UHGV virus genome: UHGV-0141727
Length of the DNA: 64,000 bases
Source of the DNA: a virus
Direction: 5' to 3' (one strand)
The notes below the pieces were generated by a model. It made no database searches, was not told the origin of the DNA, and worked only from the letters and a program-made list of their open reading frames with translations. This document shows, piece after piece, positions 56,412-64,000 of this stretch. The translations under genes and the position numbers were made by a program. Each line of letters opens with the position of its first letter. Positions within the stretch are counted from its first letter, which is position 1.

Positions 56412-56903
56412 TTACTCAACCCAGTTGTACACAATACGCAGGGTCGGTCTGACAACCGCCGTTACATCTTCTGATGAGAAATCAACGGCATCGGAATACA
56501 CTTTGCAGTGTGAGTAAGTACGTGACAGACCTTTGCTGTCACCGCTGTTAGATTCAGCGGCAGCCTGGAAAGAGATATCCAGATATTTCTTCTCATAAAC
56601 CATCTCTTTGACGGCAGCGAGTACAACACCTTCAATCGTCTCCGCACAGGTAACCTGAAATTCACCTGAGTTACGCAGCGGACCGTGTTGGTTGAACTTC
56701 ATACCGCCTGGTGCGTAGTCTTCTACGTCTTCACGCGTCATTTCCGGTAACTGCGCAGTGCGGATCAGCACTGACAGATTTTCGTATCCCTTAATGGTCA
56801 TCCAGTATTCAGTGCCAATTAATTTTTCGCCTGCTGCCAGGTTCTTGTTGAATCTGGCTTTCAGGAAGGCGAGATCGGCTTTTGTGTTTGAAAAACCGGC
56901 CAT
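56412..56903 (-). CDS. phage structural protein, possibly tail tube (163 aa)
   Basis: Size and position in the block downstream of the sheath-like gene. Confidence 0.3.
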   Translation of the reverse strand: MAGFSNTKADLAFLKARFNKNLAAGEKLIGTEYWMTIKGYENLSVLIRTAQLPEMTREDVEDYAPGGMKFNQHGPLRNSGEFQVTCAETIEGVVLAAVKEMVYEKKYLDISFQAAAESNSGDSKGLSRTYSHCKVYSDAVDFSSEDVTAVVRPTLRIVYNWVE

Positions 56904-56911
56904 AATTACTC

Positions 56912-57529
56912 CTAAACAAAAACAGATGAGATATTGCTGCGGTTAATAGATGTGTTACCACTGCATTGCAGAGTGACCGTGTTGTGGGTGAAATAGCCTT
57001 CCGATGTGCGCGGGGCGTCAAGCTGATAGCTGACGCTTTTGATCACAACGTTCGTTAACATCACGTTTCTGCCGATATTTATCGTTACGGCTTCCGGGAT
57101 TCGACCAAAAAGAGCAACGTCGTTTAGTTCTGGCGATGCCATTTTCAGCAACGTCGTTATGGCGTCGTTTACCTCAGTTTTTGCGTTGGACATCGCTAAA
57201 AAATCCAGCACCAGGGTAAACTCCGGCGGCTGCTGCCCTTCCCACACAAGGGTGGAGTTGAGGCGGCTTTTGGTTGTGCGCCCGCTTATCACCTGTGCCA
57301 CGCCAGTAAGAGCTGACGTCGCCTCGCTGATAGCGCCTAACACACTGCCCATTGCCTTATCTTCGAACGGCGACTGCCACAGAGACGTTAATTCGGCAGA
57401 GGAACCTTCGCCGATATATCCGATGACCATATCCTCGCTTGATATGATGTATGCTTTCATTAGCGGACTGATTCCGTCCGCAACGTTAGCGCCGCAAATC
57501 ACTGCTATTTCTCCCAAACAGGCCACCAT
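56912..57529 (-). CDS. phage structural protein, 205 aa
   Basis: Synteny. Confidence 0.3.
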   Translation of the reverse strand: MVACLGEIAVICGANVADGISPLMKAYIISSEDMVIGYIGEGSSAELTSLWQSPFEDKAMGSVLGAISEATSALTGVAQVISGRTTKSRLNSTLVWEGQQPPEFTLVLDFLAMSNAKTEVNDAITTLLKMASPELNDVALFGRIPEAVTINIGRNVMLTNVVIKSVSYQLDAPRTSEGYFTHNTVTLQCSGNTSINRSNISSVFV

Positions 57530-57547
57530 TACAGGTGGCTTACATCA

Positions 57548-58294
57548 TTACAGACCGCGTTTTTTGCGAATGCGGATAGACTTACGGCGGCGAGTGTTAG
57601 CTATCGACGTATGTGCCTTACGGCGAGCTTTTTTCAGCGCCTGCTTTTGTAAGGACGTCATGCGACGCGGGCGCGGGCGTTTGCGGATGATAGTAACCTT
57701 GCCATCACGAACGACTTTTTTGCTGACAGCTTCGAGCATTGCGGCATTGCCACCAGCAACGGTGTAAATCGCAATGGCTTCTTCCATCATTTCACTATCG
57801 CTTTCTGACAGTGCGTCAAATACGCGTTCTGCTGCCGCGTCATCTTCGTCATCGATCATCTCGGTGACGTCGTCCTGATCAGCGCCCAGGGCCACAGCCG
57901 CGTTAGCCAACGCCGCGAGTGCGTCGTTATATGCGTCAACCTGTTCGTCGGTCAGTTCCGTGTCTTCGTCAATGTCGGCCAGGCCAGCCATTGTGATTGC
58001 CAGCGCATCAAATGAATCCGCTTCAGGGTCGCCATCTTCTACCCAGCTCGCCAGCATTGAAGCTGCCAGACTGCGGATGTCACTTAGTGCACGGGATTCC
58101 ACCGCTTCCATCATTGCGGCTTCGATATCCGCGCCATCGGTTCCATTCTTGGCACTTTCCAGGATGGCGTTATCGCCACTTTCAAAACAACCAGAATCTT
58201 TGGCGCTTTCCAGTATGGCTGTATCTGCGTTACCGGCTGTTTTGCCTGCAAATAGCGCGCGCATGAATGGATCAACAACAGAATAGTTTTTCAT
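57548..58294 (-). CDS. phage protein with acidic core and highly basic C-terminus (248 aa)
   Basis: D/E-rich middle; C-terminal RKRPRPRRM...RRRKSIRIRKKRGL. Confidence 0.3.
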   Translation of the reverse strand: MKNYSVVDPFMRALFAGKTAGNADTAILESAKDSGCFESGDNAILESAKNGTDGADIEAAMMEAVESRALSDIRSLAASMLASWVEDGDPEADSFDALAITMAGLADIDEDTELTDEQVDAYNDALAALANAAVALGADQDDVTEMIDDEDDAAAERVFDALSESDSEMMEEAIAIYTVAGGNAAMLEAVSKKVVRDGKVTIIRKRPRPRRMTSLQKQALKKARRKAHTSIANTRRRKSIRIRKKRGL

Positions 58295-58337
58295 TAGGAA
58301 ACCTCATTCATCCCCGCGTTTCAGCGGGGAAGATAAA

Positions 58338-59993
58338 TCAACGCATCAGGATTGGTTTGCCGAGGATTCGACGAGCAGTGCCTGTTGGACACACGGACCA
58401 TTCCACTTCCCACAAGTCGATGTCTTTTTGAGTTACCTTGACCACATAAGGGTCAGAACCTTGAGATTCATCGCGTGGTGTAACCAGCGCACCAGCCGCA
58501 TAAAAACGGTCCAGAAGATCTGTCAGTGCGTTAGTCAGACTTTCCTGCGTTACGCCATCAGGTTCATGCTTGATTGCCTGAGCAACTTCATAGAAATTGC
58601 GGGCAATTGCATTCATCAGTGATGAAACGTGCTGGAATCGCAGATAGTTATTTTTGCTGTATGTCGTCAGGGAGTCGTCGATGTAGACAGAACCATCCGC
58701 TGCAACGCTTACTGGGTTAATACGAGCGGTCACATACGCTTCACGATCGATTGTGCCAATCCCGGAGAGTCTGGTGATGTTCTGGCGATCAATGATTGCG
58801 CGAGACAGACCAGCCGGGGCGTAATGCCAGCCGCCTACATCAGACACAAGCGCAACGCCTTTAGCTTTTGCCACAAATGCGTCGCAACTGATTCCGTAAA
58901 CCACATTCATACCGCTGAAAGTGTCACGGCATGAGTACGGGAAGTGATAACGTGCAGCCTGGTGGGATTTGCCGAAACCATGTGATTTAGCTTCCGCGAT
59001 AGCGTTATCACCAGTCTGAGCACATTTCAGGTCGTAGAACATATCCACGCGAACGTCTTCTGCCAGCGAATTAATTTTTGCCAGCACGGATGCGTCGTAG
59101 CAGCCCATAGAAAGCAGCGCGGTATAATTAACTTCTGACGCTTCGAGAACCTCTAACGCTTTCAGATAATCATCAGTGTCAATTGAGGACAGATCGCCAT
59201 CTGTACCGCCTTCAAACGCTACATCTTCGAAAGTCAGCAAGTGAGCGGAGTCTTCGGCACCATCAGCCAGTACAGCTCCAAGCCTGGTGGACTGACTTTC
59301 TAACAACGCAGGAATCCATGCTGGCTGGCCCATATCGTTCGTTGCATCCGGATCGAAAGAAACCTGGTAGCTTTCCAGCGTTTCTACAGAACCATCGGTC
59401 TGTGTCTCTTTCAGTTCCAGAGTGAACAGGTCATTTTCTTCGTCCTCACGGGTCAGTGATAACGTGCGGTTTGTCGAAGCATCACCGTCCTTTATGTAGA
59501 AAATAGCCAGTTCACTGCCGGAAATTTCAGGTGTTTCGCTTGCAGCGAAAGTTACCGGAGAAGTGGCTCCAGAAACGGCACGAACGGTCAGTGTATCGCC
59601 GATATTTACCGTTGCTTCGGTCGGAGCAATTTGCAGAGTTTTTGCTGACTTGGTGCTTTTCGACCTGGCCTGAACAGAAACGGCAATGCCCGGTACTTTC
59701 ATGTCTTTTGCGCATACGCGAACCACATAACCGGTGCCGCCTTTTACTGCGCGTTCAACGTGGCGATATGGTTCAAATGCGGCCCCGGTGCGCGGGTGAA
59801 GAGGTGAACCTAACACGCTCTGATAGTTGGCTGCTGTAACCTGCAAAACCTTGCCTGGTGCCCCTCTGCGGGAAATAACCAACCCGGCAAAGACGGAAGC
59901 ACCGCCAGATGTGTTGGACAGGGTAGCATCGGCATTTACGTCCGCTACCGCAACGCCCGCCGCCTGACCAACAGAAAAACCAATTTTATTCAT
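58338..59993 (-). CDS. putative tail sheath protein
   Basis: 551 aa, size and position as P1 gene 22 relative to the capsid-like gene. Confidence 0.4.
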   Translation of the reverse strand: MNKIGFSVGQAAGVAVADVNADATLSNTSGGASVFAGLVISRRGAPGKVLQVTAANYQSVLGSPLHPRTGAAFEPYRHVERAVKGGTGYVVRVCAKDMKVPGIAVSVQARSKSTKSAKTLQIAPTEATVNIGDTLTVRAVSGATSPVTFAASETPEISGSELAIFYIKDGDASTNRTLSLTREDEENDLFTLELKETQTDGSVETLESYQVSFDPDATNDMGQPAWIPALLESQSTRLGAVLADGAEDSAHLLTFEDVAFEGGTDGDLSSIDTDDYLKALEVLEASEVNYTALLSMGCYDASVLAKINSLAEDVRVDMFYDLKCAQTGDNAIAEAKSHGFGKSHQAARYHFPYSCRDTFSGMNVVYGISCDAFVAKAKGVALVSDVGGWHYAPAGLSRAIIDRQNITRLSGIGTIDREAYVTARINPVSVAADGSVYIDDSLTTYSKNNYLRFQHVSSLMNAIARNFYEVAQAIKHEPDGVTQESLTNALTDLLDRFYAAGALVTPRDESQGSDPYVVKVTQKDIDLWEVEWSVCPTGTARRILGKPILMR

Positions 59994-60027
59994 GCTGCTC
60001 TTTTCCTCTTTATCGAGCGGATTAGAG

Positions 60028-60055
60028 AAGTCTCCCCATTTGCATGGGGAGACTT
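60028..60055. other. stable intergenic stem-loop
   Basis: AAGTCTCCCCAT-ttgc-ATGGGGAGACTT; U-tract only on the plus strand. Confidence 0.4.
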
Positions 60056-60058
60056 TTA

Positions 60059-60337
60059 TCAGGCTTCGCCGACCGTGAAGCTGTCACCTACCGTCACTTC
60101 TTTGGTTGACGGTTCAACGCTGACGGCGCTTACGCTCTTTGGGGCTTCATTAACCGTTACGGTGCATGTTGCCGTTTTATTGCCATCGGTGGTTTTGATA
60201 GTGAGCACTGCCTGACCTGCTTTAAGTGCGGTACAGGTTTTGCCATCTACGCTCACAATTTCCGGATGATCTGACTCGATAGTGAAAGATTTATCTGTCG
60301 CATCGGAAGGTGTAATAGTTACCTGAATATCAGCCAT
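60059..60337 (-). CDS. bacterial Ig-like (Big_2) domain protein
   Basis: GGAGG 5 nt upstream of ATG at 60337; ...KAGQAVLTIKTTDGNKTATCTVTV is Big_2-like; ORF track start 60349 is probably the RBS. Confidence 0.6.
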   Translation of the reverse strand: MADIQVTITPSDATDKSFTIESDHPEIVSVDGKTCTALKAGQAVLTIKTTDGNKTATCTVTVNEAPKSVSAVSVEPSTKEVTVGDSFTVGEA

Positions 60338-60478
60338 TTTTTCCTCCATATAGCCCCTTATTCAGGGGCTGGTCTTACTTCTTTTTGGGTGTTTTTCGTG
60401 TCTTTGAAGTGCTCGCGGCGATAGTTTCACCTTCGTTTACTTCAATTGCCGTTGGTGAAACTGACACGTTCGCCACTG

Positions 60479-62176
60479 CTACTTTTTTTCGTTGATTTGC
60501 CCGCTCAACATGTCAATCGCACCTTCTTTCGAACGTGTCAGGCGAAGGCGAGTGAAATAGTTCTCACCGTTGCGCGGATGCACATCGTTGATTGCTTTGC
60601 CCCAAAAAGTGGTGCGGTTCACTAGGGCTGGATTTGTTTCGTGGACATACGGAATAGCAGGCACAGCATCACCTGCGACCAGGCCTGCTTTACCAATGCC
60701 TTCGCCACGACCATAGAAATAGATGTCGTCCAGGCCGAAGTCGTAGCCATATTTCTGGAATTGTTTGCAGATAGGCTTCGGCACTTCGTAGATACGAATG
60801 GAACCAAACAGGGTGCCGATGTATTGAATGTACGGCGACTGTACATAGCCCGGTGCCAACTGGAAGTGCTGCGGCGGTAAGGAACGCAGGAAGTTAGCAG
60901 CATCGCCACCAGCAAAGCCACCACGGATACCGGTGGTCAGGGTGCGGTCAGCCATCTCCTGTGACAGCGCGTTCACAACATGGCGAATTAAACCAACCCA
61001 CGACTCGTAGTTCTGCGCTTCTGGCAGTGCCACATCAAATTCACGACCGTAAACGGTGTGGAATACCAGAGTGCGCAGGCGCATCATATCGATTTCGTGG
61101 GAAATCCAGTTGCGCATTGCAGAGAATTGCAATGCTGCCAGTTCGAGTCCGTGTTCACGGCTCAGGTCAGATGCAGCCATAACCGTATGTTCGGATGCGA
61201 TCACGTACTCCGACGGGCGCAGGGCGTAATTGCGCATGGACTGGTTAATGACTGGTATCAGGTTCGGATTGCGTTCAATGTTGATTTCAACCTGAACAGC
61301 GATTTCAGTGCCTTCTGCTGGTGCTTCATTAAAGGTGATATCGATAACGCCGGTATCGTATCGAACCTTTGCCGTCACAGAGAAAGAGTTGCCGTTGACG
61401 TCTTTGTCGTTGAAATACAGGTTGCCGTCACCATCATCTACTTTGGACGGTTTGCGGTTAATCAGCAGTTTGTTGTAGCCCTGGCGCAGCGGGCAGGCCT
61501 GGCCTTCGAAGTTCTGGATATCAAACTGGAAGGTGGTTTTTCTGCCATCGCCTTTTTCGGTCAGGATGTACAGGCGTTTCATCTGCGAATACACGCCAGC
61601 AGACTGCATGTTCAGTTCATCGCCCTGCTCGAATGTACCGAATTTTGTACCAGCAACGTTGGTCAGCTCGTAAATATTGGTTTCATCACGATCACAAGGG
61701 ATAAACGTACATGCGTCGCTGGTGGCTGCGCCGAGAGAAGCAGGCAGGATCAGTGCGGCATATTGTGCAACCTTCATTACACCATCGGAGGTGCGCATGT
61801 CCTTGGCTACTGATTCAAACATGGCTTTGCCAGCGCCTTCATGCGTCTCTTTAGCGGACTCCATCATCAGGCGCTCAAGTGCCACATGGGCGTTGGCTAA
61901 TACATCGCTTGCCGGATAATGCCCATACTGGCGTTTGTATTCATGAATAGACATGGCCCAGCTACCAATGATCTGGCGAGCTGCTTCTGGTTCAACGCCT
62001 TCAAACATAGGCTCTTTCTGGATAGCTTTTTCCAGGTTAGCCATCATCACTTCGTTGTCGGCAATCATGTTACCGGCAGCATCAGTGGTTGGATCGACGG
62101 TCATAGCCATGACGCTTGCCGCCCGATTCATAATCTCGCGCTCGCGCTTACGAGCTGGCTCAATGTTCTTGTTCAC
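60479..62176 (-). CDS. putative major capsid protein with N-terminal scaffold-like region
   Basis: 565 aa, charged/helical N-terminal 100 aa; ends in slippery A_AAA_AAG; Ig-like gene downstream. Confidence 0.45.
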   Translation of the reverse strand: MNKNIEPARKREREIMNRAASVMAMTVDPTTDAAGNMIADNEVMMANLEKAIQKEPMFEGVEPEAARQIIGSWAMSIHEYKRQYGHYPASDVLANAHVALERLMMESAKETHEGAGKAMFESVAKDMRTSDGVMKVAQYAALILPASLGAATSDACTFIPCDRDETNIYELTNVAGTKFGTFEQGDELNMQSAGVYSQMKRLYILTEKGDGRKTTFQFDIQNFEGQACPLRQGYNKLLINRKPSKVDDGDGNLYFNDKDVNGNSFSVTAKVRYDTGVIDITFNEAPAEGTEIAVQVEINIERNPNLIPVINQSMRNYALRPSEYVIASEHTVMAASDLSREHGLELAALQFSAMRNWISHEIDMMRLRTLVFHTVYGREFDVALPEAQNYESWVGLIRHVVNALSQEMADRTLTTGIRGGFAGGDAANFLRSLPPQHFQLAPGYVQSPYIQYIGTLFGSIRIYEVPKPICKQFQKYGYDFGLDDIYFYGRGEGIGKAGLVAGDAVPAIPYVHETNPALVNRTTFWGKAINDVHPRNGENYFTRLRLTRSKEGAIDMLSGQINEKK

Positions 62177-62266
62177 GGTTAAACCCTAAATTCGGGCGCG
62201 GCGTGAAGATTCTTTTGACGAGGTGACAATACTCACTTTGTTATTTAGTCAATAGCATTAGAAAAA

Positions 62267-62334
62267 TAATTTTCGTTAACAATCTTGTGTTAGTATGGTT
62301 TAATCTTAATTTTCTAACATAAAACATTAGAACA
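62267..62334. promoter_or_regulatory. cluster of four operator-like motifs in the divergent region
   Basis: cATTAGAAAAAtaa, gtGTTAGTA, TTTTCTAACAT, cATTAGAAC. Confidence 0.5.
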
Positions 62335-62727
62335 ATGGCGTACAAGATCTTCGTTTCATACAAAAATGGTGCTAAAAGCCATTCTCTGAACACAAGCAGC
62401 AGATGCCTTGTAGAAGCTCAACTGTCATCAATCCTTACTGAAAGAGACATTCTTTCCTTGGCTGAACGAATCGTGATTCTCCATTCAGGTAAGGCTATTC
62501 TTAATGTTCCTGCGCTTACCCCGCCTTCTGACGTTTTGGCATCTGTTAAGTGGCCTCAAATCGGCACACCTGTAAGAGTGGAAGATCCTGTAACCACCAC
62601 TCTTTATATGCCGAAGTCAGTAAGGGATTGGCTTGCTGCGGTTGGTAATGGGAAGGTCAGCGCGGGGCTTCGGAAGTTAGTGGAAATGGCTGATATTCCG
62701 GAGCTGAAAAATGCATGGAGACAGTGA
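62335..62727 (+). CDS. hypothetical protein (130 aa)
   Basis: ORF directly after the operator cluster. Confidence 0.4.
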   Translation: MAYKIFVSYKNGAKSHSLNTSSRCLVEAQLSSILTERDILSLAERIVILHSGKAILNVPALTPPSDVLASVKWPQIGTPVRVEDPVTTTLYMPKSVRDWLAAVGNGKVSAGLRKLVEMADIPELKNAWRQ

Positions 62728-63197
62728 GCAGAGGACACATGAGTCACGCGAACCCATCGAAAACACAATATCGTTTAATGCTGGCTATCGCGTCAGCTAT
62801 ACCAACCAGCCTGAATCCACCCGCTGGCTATCCCGCTATTGTTGATGATTGTTTTCAGTATTACGGAGAAGACATCCTGAGCCAGTCCAAAGCGCTCAAG
62901 CAGTTATGTAAGGCAGGTATTCTTCACTGTATCGGAGATCCGGACGATTTTGTTGTTATGCTGGCGGATCGTGACTCTTTTCTGCTGTCATGGAAAGCCG
63001 GGGCGCGCGAAGCGCGTTTGGGCAATGGTATTGGCTACATCGACTATAGCGATTGTCCGCTGGCATTTGCTGGTGGATATATGCATTGGCATGAGCGAAA
63101 TAGAGGCCGTCAGCGCCAGTATCGCTTGAGTGACTTTAACGTCTGTCACGGTTTCGAAGAAGCTGACAGCCAGGACATCTGGCTTCAGGAGCCTTAA
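62715..63197 (+). CDS. hypothetical protein (160 aa)
   Basis: Overlaps the previous gene end. Confidence 0.4.
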   Translation: METVSRGHMSHANPSKTQYRLMLAIASAIPTSLNPPAGYPAIVDDCFQYYGEDILSQSKALKQLCKAGILHCIGDPDDFVVMLADRDSFLLSWKAGAREARLGNGIGYIDYSDCPLAFAGGYMHWHERNRGRQRQYRLSDFNVCHGFEEADSQDIWLQEP

Positions 63198-63517
63198 CCC
63201 CCCTTCCCTTCCCAAATCTCCCTATTCCTTTGGTTATTCAGTACGTTTCGTTGGTTGCATTCATCGATAGTGCTGAATAACTGTTCAGTGTATGCCGGAT
63301 ACTTGTTTAACAGCACAGGCGTGTCCTCTGGCACTATGCAAGGGGTATAATCAATCAGATTTCCCTGCGGTTTGCTGGTGGCTTCTACGGTAATTTGCAT
63401 TGGCACGCTGATTGATTTCTTTTGCCCGTTCCCGCTGCATCCTGATAACGTCATCAGGCACACGCACATCATTAACCCCAGCATTGCGTAAAGCAGTTTC
63501 AAGACGAGTAATTTCAT
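63194..63517 (-). CDS. o-spanin-like lipoprotein (Rz1-like)
   Basis: Lipobox LSGC; starts inside the i-spanin gene in another frame and extends past its stop. Confidence 0.5.
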   Translation of the reverse strand: MKLLVLKLLYAMLGLMMCVCLMTLSGCSGNGQKKSISVPMQITVEATSKPQGNLIDYTPCIVPEDTPVLLNKYPAYTEQLFSTIDECNQRNVLNNQRNREIWEGKGG

Positions 63518-63809
63518 TCTGGCTTTCCTCCCGTTGTTTGATCAGGCTGGTATTCAGTTCTGCTGTTTTGCGCTGGTACTCCTTCTCCAGTGTTTTAATT
63601 CTTTCGTTTTCAGCCATCATGGCAGATCGCGATTTTTCACTTAACTGCAATGCGGTAGAAAGCGTGTTGTTCTCGCTTTCAAGTTGTGATTTTGAGTCTT
63701 CCAGGGAACGGATATACCTGATGTGATCGATAACTGCCGCCGTAGTACGGTAAATTCCATAAATGGCTAAAAGCGCAACTACTATCAAAATTATCTTTTT
63801 CAAAACCAT
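63351..63809 (-). CDS. i-spanin-like protein (Rz-like)
   Basis: N-terminal TM IILIVVALLAIYGIY then coiled-coil; embedded lipoprotein ORF. Confidence 0.55.
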   Translation of the reverse strand: MVLKKIILIVVALLAIYGIYRTTAAVIDHIRYIRSLEDSKSQLESENNTLSTALQLSEKSRSAMMAENERIKTLEKEYQRKTAELNTSLIKQREESQNEITRLETALRNAGVNDVRVPDDVIRMQRERAKEINQRANANYRRSHQQTAGKSD

Positions 63810-63881
63810 CCTCTTCAGATTTTTTGTTGGTGTGATATGTGTACCAATTTGTAACCATTTATGGGCTTAAATGGTGTGGTT

Positions 63882-64000
63882 ATGGTTCCTTTTTAGTGTT
63901 GCTTTGGAGCGCATCGATTACACCTTGTGGCATGATCAAACTGATTGCCGGACTCATTACTTCATCGCCCAGTAGAGAACCGGTTAACGTAATAGCTACA
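63882..64000 (-). CDS. 3' end of a gene entering from the right edge (possibly a lysis gene)
   Basis: Open frame from the window edge to a stop near 63882, just upstream of the spanin pair. Confidence 0.25.

Noticed and set aside
1-64000. Type III restriction-modification genes (res/mod), cin invertase and parAB expected from P1
   Set aside because: No ORFs with the expected sizes or motifs were seen; they are absent from this window or lie outside it.

Overview
The window reads as most of a P1-like (Punavirus-type) phage-plasmid genome, mainly on the minus strand, with the P1 gene blocks present but rearranged and interrupted by accessory cargo. Recognisable modules: a Cre-family recombinase with an adjacent lox-like 13-8-13 site; pacA/pacB terminase genes with a GATC-rich pac-like site inside pacA; a five-tRNA array; a giant DarB-like methyltransferase-helicase; an immI-like antirepressor operon; portal and DarA-like head genes; holin, tail fiber, baseplate, tape-measure/Sit-like, sheath-like and capsid-like genes; an overlapped spanin pair; and an oriR-like iteron replicon (DnaA boxes, GATC cluster, iterons, repA). 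Addiction and SOS modules are phd-doc, hicAB and a LexA-boxed humD. A dispersed operator-like motif (core TTAGAAAAtTAA) sits in front of many operons, suggesting a C1-like global repressor regulon with a non-P1 consensus. The most likely accessory 'system' candidates are (i) the six-gene operon downstream of cre (4524-8421): dUTPase, a DUF2829-like protein, an acidic-tailed protein and a terminase-ATPase paralog with degenerate Walker motifs; and (ii) a 402-aa coiled-coil protein flanked by operators where P1 carries res/mod. All calls rest on reading the sequence and ORF translations and on recalled family signatures; no database search was run, and structural-gene names assigned by synteny are low confidence.
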